The notes under the pieces: model-generated
Databases searched by the model: none
The model's input: the letters and a program-made list of their open reading frames with translations, nothing else
Told to the model about the DNA's origin: nothing
Part shown: positions 35,450-37,849 of the stretch, in pieces
Position numbering within the stretch: the stretch's first letter is position 1
Layout of the letters: every line of letters begins with the position of its first letter
DNA from: Gammaproteobacteria bacterium
Lineage (GTDB): Bacteria > Gemmatimonadota > Gemmatimonadetes > Longimicrobiales > Gaopeijiaceae
DNA: 37,849 bases
Assembly: GCA_024638345.1 (NCBI GenBank)
Contig: JAHEKL010000001.1
Span: 1-37,849, forward strand
Reading direction: 5' to 3'
Made by a program: the position numbers and the translations under genes

Positions 35450-36211
35450 ATGGCATCGGAGGAATACCGACTGAGTGAACGACAGGAGGAGCTCTGTGGC
35501 CAAAGCAAGTGGGATTTCTCGGGATTGCGGGCCCTGTTTCTCAACTGCACCCTCAAGCCCACCCCGCAACTCTCCCATACGGAGGGCTTGATCCGCATCT
35601 CCGCAGCCATCATGAGGAAGTCGGGCGTCCACGTAGACATCATTCGACCGATCGATCATTCGCTGGCTTTCGGAGTGTATCCGGACATGCGGGAGCACGG
35701 AGCCGAGCGGGACGATTGGCCCGGGCTCTACGAGAAGGTGAAGAAGGCCGAGATCCTGGTGCTCGGCTCACCTATTTGGCTCGGTGAGAAATCGTCCGTC
35801 TGCACCCAGGTGGTGGAGCGGCTTTATTCCTCGTCGGGAGACCTGAACGCCGAGGGACAGTATGCCTATTATGGCAAGGTGGGTGGGTGCCTGATCACCG
35901 GGAATGAGGACGGAATCAAGCATTGCTCCATGAACATCCTCTACTCCCTGCAGCACATCGGCTACCTCATCCCCCCTCAGGCCGATGCCGGGTGGATCGG
36001 CGAAGCCGGACCGGGCCCTTCCTATCTCGATCCTGGATCGGGTGGGCCCGAAAACGACTTCACCAACCGCAACACCACGTTCATGACCTGGAATCTGCTA
36101 CATCTCGCGCGGGGGCTGCGCGAGATGGGAGGAATCCCCGCCCACGGCAACCAGCGCTCGGAGTGGGACGCCGGGTGTCGGTTCGACTTTCCCAACCCCG
36201 AGCATCGCTAG
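35450..36211 (+). CDS. flavodoxin-like NAD(P)H-dependent FMN reductase family protein
   Basis: Flavodoxin-like fold pattern (LFLNCTLKPTPQLSHTEGL...AEILVLGSPIWLGEKSS...GGCLITGNEDG). The ATG at 35450 has AGGAGG 10 nt upstream, embedded in the end of egtD. The alternative GTG 35441 would overlap the egtD stop. Confidence 0.8.
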   Translation: MASEEYRLSERQEELCGQSKWDFSGLRALFLNCTLKPTPQLSHTEGLIRISAAIMRKSGVHVDIIRPIDHSLAFGVYPDMREHGAERDDWPGLYEKVKKAEILVLGSPIWLGEKSSVCTQVVERLYSSSGDLNAEGQYAYYGKVGGCLITGNEDGIKHCSMNILYSLQHIGYLIPPQADAGWIGEAGPGPSYLDPGSGGPENDFTNRNTTFMTWNLLHLARGLREMGGIPAHGNQRSEWDAGCRFDFPNPEHR

Positions 36212-36277
36212 GCCGTGTTGACCCCGACGCCGGCCGCTCGTCTGCGTCGCTGACCCGGATCGCCTGCCACCCGGGAT

Positions 36278-37849
36278 TCAGGGATTCAGCCAGTAGTTGA
36301 CCTTGATCACGAAGATGTTGTCCGGACGGGTGCCGAACATGTCGCCGACGTCTCGACCCAGATCGAACCCGCCGACCCAATCGTGGGCCCGGTCCTCGCC
36401 CCTCCCGGTGAGCGAGTTGATACGCCGCTGCTGCCAGACGACGAAGAGGGTGGATCCGGGTCTCCACTCCCAGCGAAGCACGGCGTTCCCGAGAAGGCTG
36501 CGGTAGCTGAAGTTGGGATCGGCGATGGTGAACTCTTCGGCAGGACCGTCTCCGTCTGGGTCGATCCTGAACCCTCCATCGGCCTCCGACGCGATCGTTC
36601 CGACCTCTTCTCCGTACCGCGCGAAGTCGAAAGCGCCGGGACGCTCGAACTGCTTGAACCCCTGGTAATCCCCACTCGATATGAACGGCTCTGCGTAGAG
36701 CTGCAACGAAAGCGTGGGCGTGAAGGTGATGTTCACCCGAGTGTCGATCGACACCGTCGTCTGATCCAGGCCCCCGAACACGTAGCGGCGTCCGTAAGTG
36801 GGCACGGCCAGGAGATCATCCACCGCGGCGACGTACTGCGCGGATTCGTGCCTCCGATTCAGGCGAGGACCCACCTGTACGGAGAGACGTTCGTTGGGGT
36901 TTGCGGTGAAATTGATGCCCAGGTCGTGGATCCAACCCCCCTGCTCCTCCACCGTCCACTGGTAGTTGACCCGCCCGATCACATCGCGCCGTCCGTCGGA
37001 GTCGAGGTTCAGGGTGGTCGCGAACCTGCGCGGTGTTCCCGCAAGAGGGCCGCCGCGCGTCAGGCGGTCATCGGCGTGCCGGGGGTTGTACGCCAGCCGA
37101 ATCCCGCCGCCCCAGTAATTGAGGAACTCCCAGTTGAAGTTGCCATTCACCTCGGCCCATACGCGGTCGCCCGCATAGTTCCAGACGGCGTCGGGACTGC
37201 CGCGTACGCTCCACTCCCTCAGAATCCGACCAGGGTTGGGCTGGTTGTAGCTGAAGTTGGTGTCGAGGATGACCCGGTCGGAGGCGGACTGGAAGCCGAG
37301 GTCGTTCACCTCGTAGCCCGGGCTCGCGGCTGCGATCGCGGCTTTCGCTCCGAACGCGCCCGCCTGCTTGACGACATCCACCATCGCGTAGTACCCGGCG
37401 AGCGACGTGGAATTCGGGTCCAACTCCAGGTGAGTGGCGTCCGGCCGATGATAGTACCGGGTGGACGAACGCTGGGTTCGAGCGATCGCCTCGGGCTCGC
37501 CCTGCACGTAGCTCGTGGTGAAGGTCGTGCTGATCCGATATGTCCGATCGGACCACTCGTGAGCGAAGTCGAGGCCGCCCGAGTAAGCCGAGGAGTGGAG
37601 GAGGGACCCCATGCCAGTGCCGCTCACATCCCGGTTGACGGCCGTACCCACCAGTCCGAAGCGGGTCTCTCCGCCCCTGATCTGCCTCCTCAATCGAGCC
37701 ACCAGGTAATTCGAGCGTGGCTCGACTACGGTCTCGCCCGGCACCTGCTCCGCGTCCACATACGGAGCGGTCTCCTGACCCGTCACCGCTTCGAGGATCC
37801 CGAGCGACCACCCGTCGCTCAGCCGGCCCGTGACTTTCGCGGCCCCGAG
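36278..37849 (-). CDS. DUF5916-like large beta-rich (outer-membrane-type) protein, 5' end outside the window
   Basis: The minus-strand frame stays open from the GTG at 37786 to the window edge (my translation upstream: LGAAKVTGRLSDGWSLGILEA...), so the gene is truncated by the window. Alternating beta-strand-like composition rich in Y/F/W/N/G. The DUF5916 assignment is from memory and unverified. Confidence 0.65.
   Translation of the reverse strand, partial: LGAAKVTGRLSDGWSLGILEAVTGQETAPYVDAEQVPGETVVEPRSNYLVARLRRQIRGGETRFGLVGTAVNRDVSGTGMGSLLHSSAYSGGLDFAHEWSDRTYRISTTFTTSYVQGEPEAIARTQRSSTRYYHRPDATHLELDPNSTSLAGYYAMVDVVKQAGAFGAKAAIAAASPGYEVNDLGFQSASDRVILDTNFSYNQPNPGRILREWSVRGSPDAVWNYAGDRVWAEVNGNFNWEFLNYWGGGIRLAYNPRHADDRLTRGGPLAGTPRRFATTLNLDSDGRRDVIGRVNYQWTVEEQGGWIHDLGINFTANPNERLSVQVGPRLNRRHESAQYVAAVDDLLAVPTYGRRYVFGGLDQTTVSIDTRVNITFTPTLSLQLYAEPFISSGDYQGFKQFERPGAFDFARYGEEVGTIASEADGGFRIDPDGDGPAEEFTIADPNFSYRSLLGNAVLRWEWRPGSTLFVVWQQRRINSLTGRGEDRAHDWVGGFDLGRDVGDMFGTRPDNIFVIKVNYWLNP

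Noticed and set aside
1265-35456. Other long antisense or off-frame ORFs in the track: 1265-2161, 7786-8514, 8518-9240, 10370-11263, 11531-12400, 16748-17845, 23528-24436, 23833-25194, 30798-31886, 32887-33783, 34488-35456
   Set aside because: Each lies opposite to or out of frame with a gene that has clear family signatures. Their products are Arg/Pro/Gly/Ser-rich with no motifs. I found no evidence for genuine overlapping genes.
1-37849. Search for CRISPR repeats, IS or transposase ends, integrase genes, phage genes, toxin-antitoxin pairs or known defence-system genes
   Set aside because: I found no regularly spaced direct repeats, no terminal inverted repeats flanking a transposase-like ORF, and no recognisable defence or mobile-element proteins by manual reading. 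A computational repeat scan and an HMM search could still reveal something I missed.

Overview
GC-rich bacterial chromosomal segment with about 38 tightly packed protein-coding genes. Many use GTG or TTG starts, and several have 1-4 nt stop/start overlaps. By eye I found no rRNA, tRNA, CRISPR array, transposase, integrase or prophage content. The lineage cannot be fixed without a database search. The gene set (several lipoproteins, a Tat-exported amidase, egtBD, a DUF5916-like barrel protein, Shine-Dalgarno usage) suggests a Gram-negative environmental bacterium, but this is inference only. Recognisable genes, in order: deoxyhypusine-synthase-like protein, DAACS amino-acid/dicarboxylate symporter, DtxR/MntR-type metalloregulator, DEAD-box RNA helicase, LMW phosphatase plus fructosamine kinase, class I aminotransferase, DsbA-like protein, HU, Tat-amidase, S41 peptidase, lgt, ettA, GT2 glycosyltransferase, serA plus a HAD phosphoserine-phosphatase-like gene, ilvD, ppx, ppk1, egtB, egtD and an FMN-reductase-like flavoprotein. 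I cannot prove a single new system from sequence alone. The best candidates for follow-up are: (1) an intact but catalytically degenerate DEAD-box paralogue that keeps a DbpA-type RNA-binding domain (11606-13228) and follows an orphan 102-aa ORF; (2) an orphan regulatory cluster at 18.7-21.1 kb made of a TPR protein, a 40-codon lipoprotein micro-gene below the ORF-track cutoff, and a receiver-like/AraC-HTH hybrid regulator with palindromes in its control region; (3) a signal-less 96-aa protein co-transcribed with the Tat-exported amidase; (4) egtB-egtD tightly followed by a flavin reductase-like gene. Most long alternative-frame ORFs in the track are high-GC shadow ORFs and were rejected.
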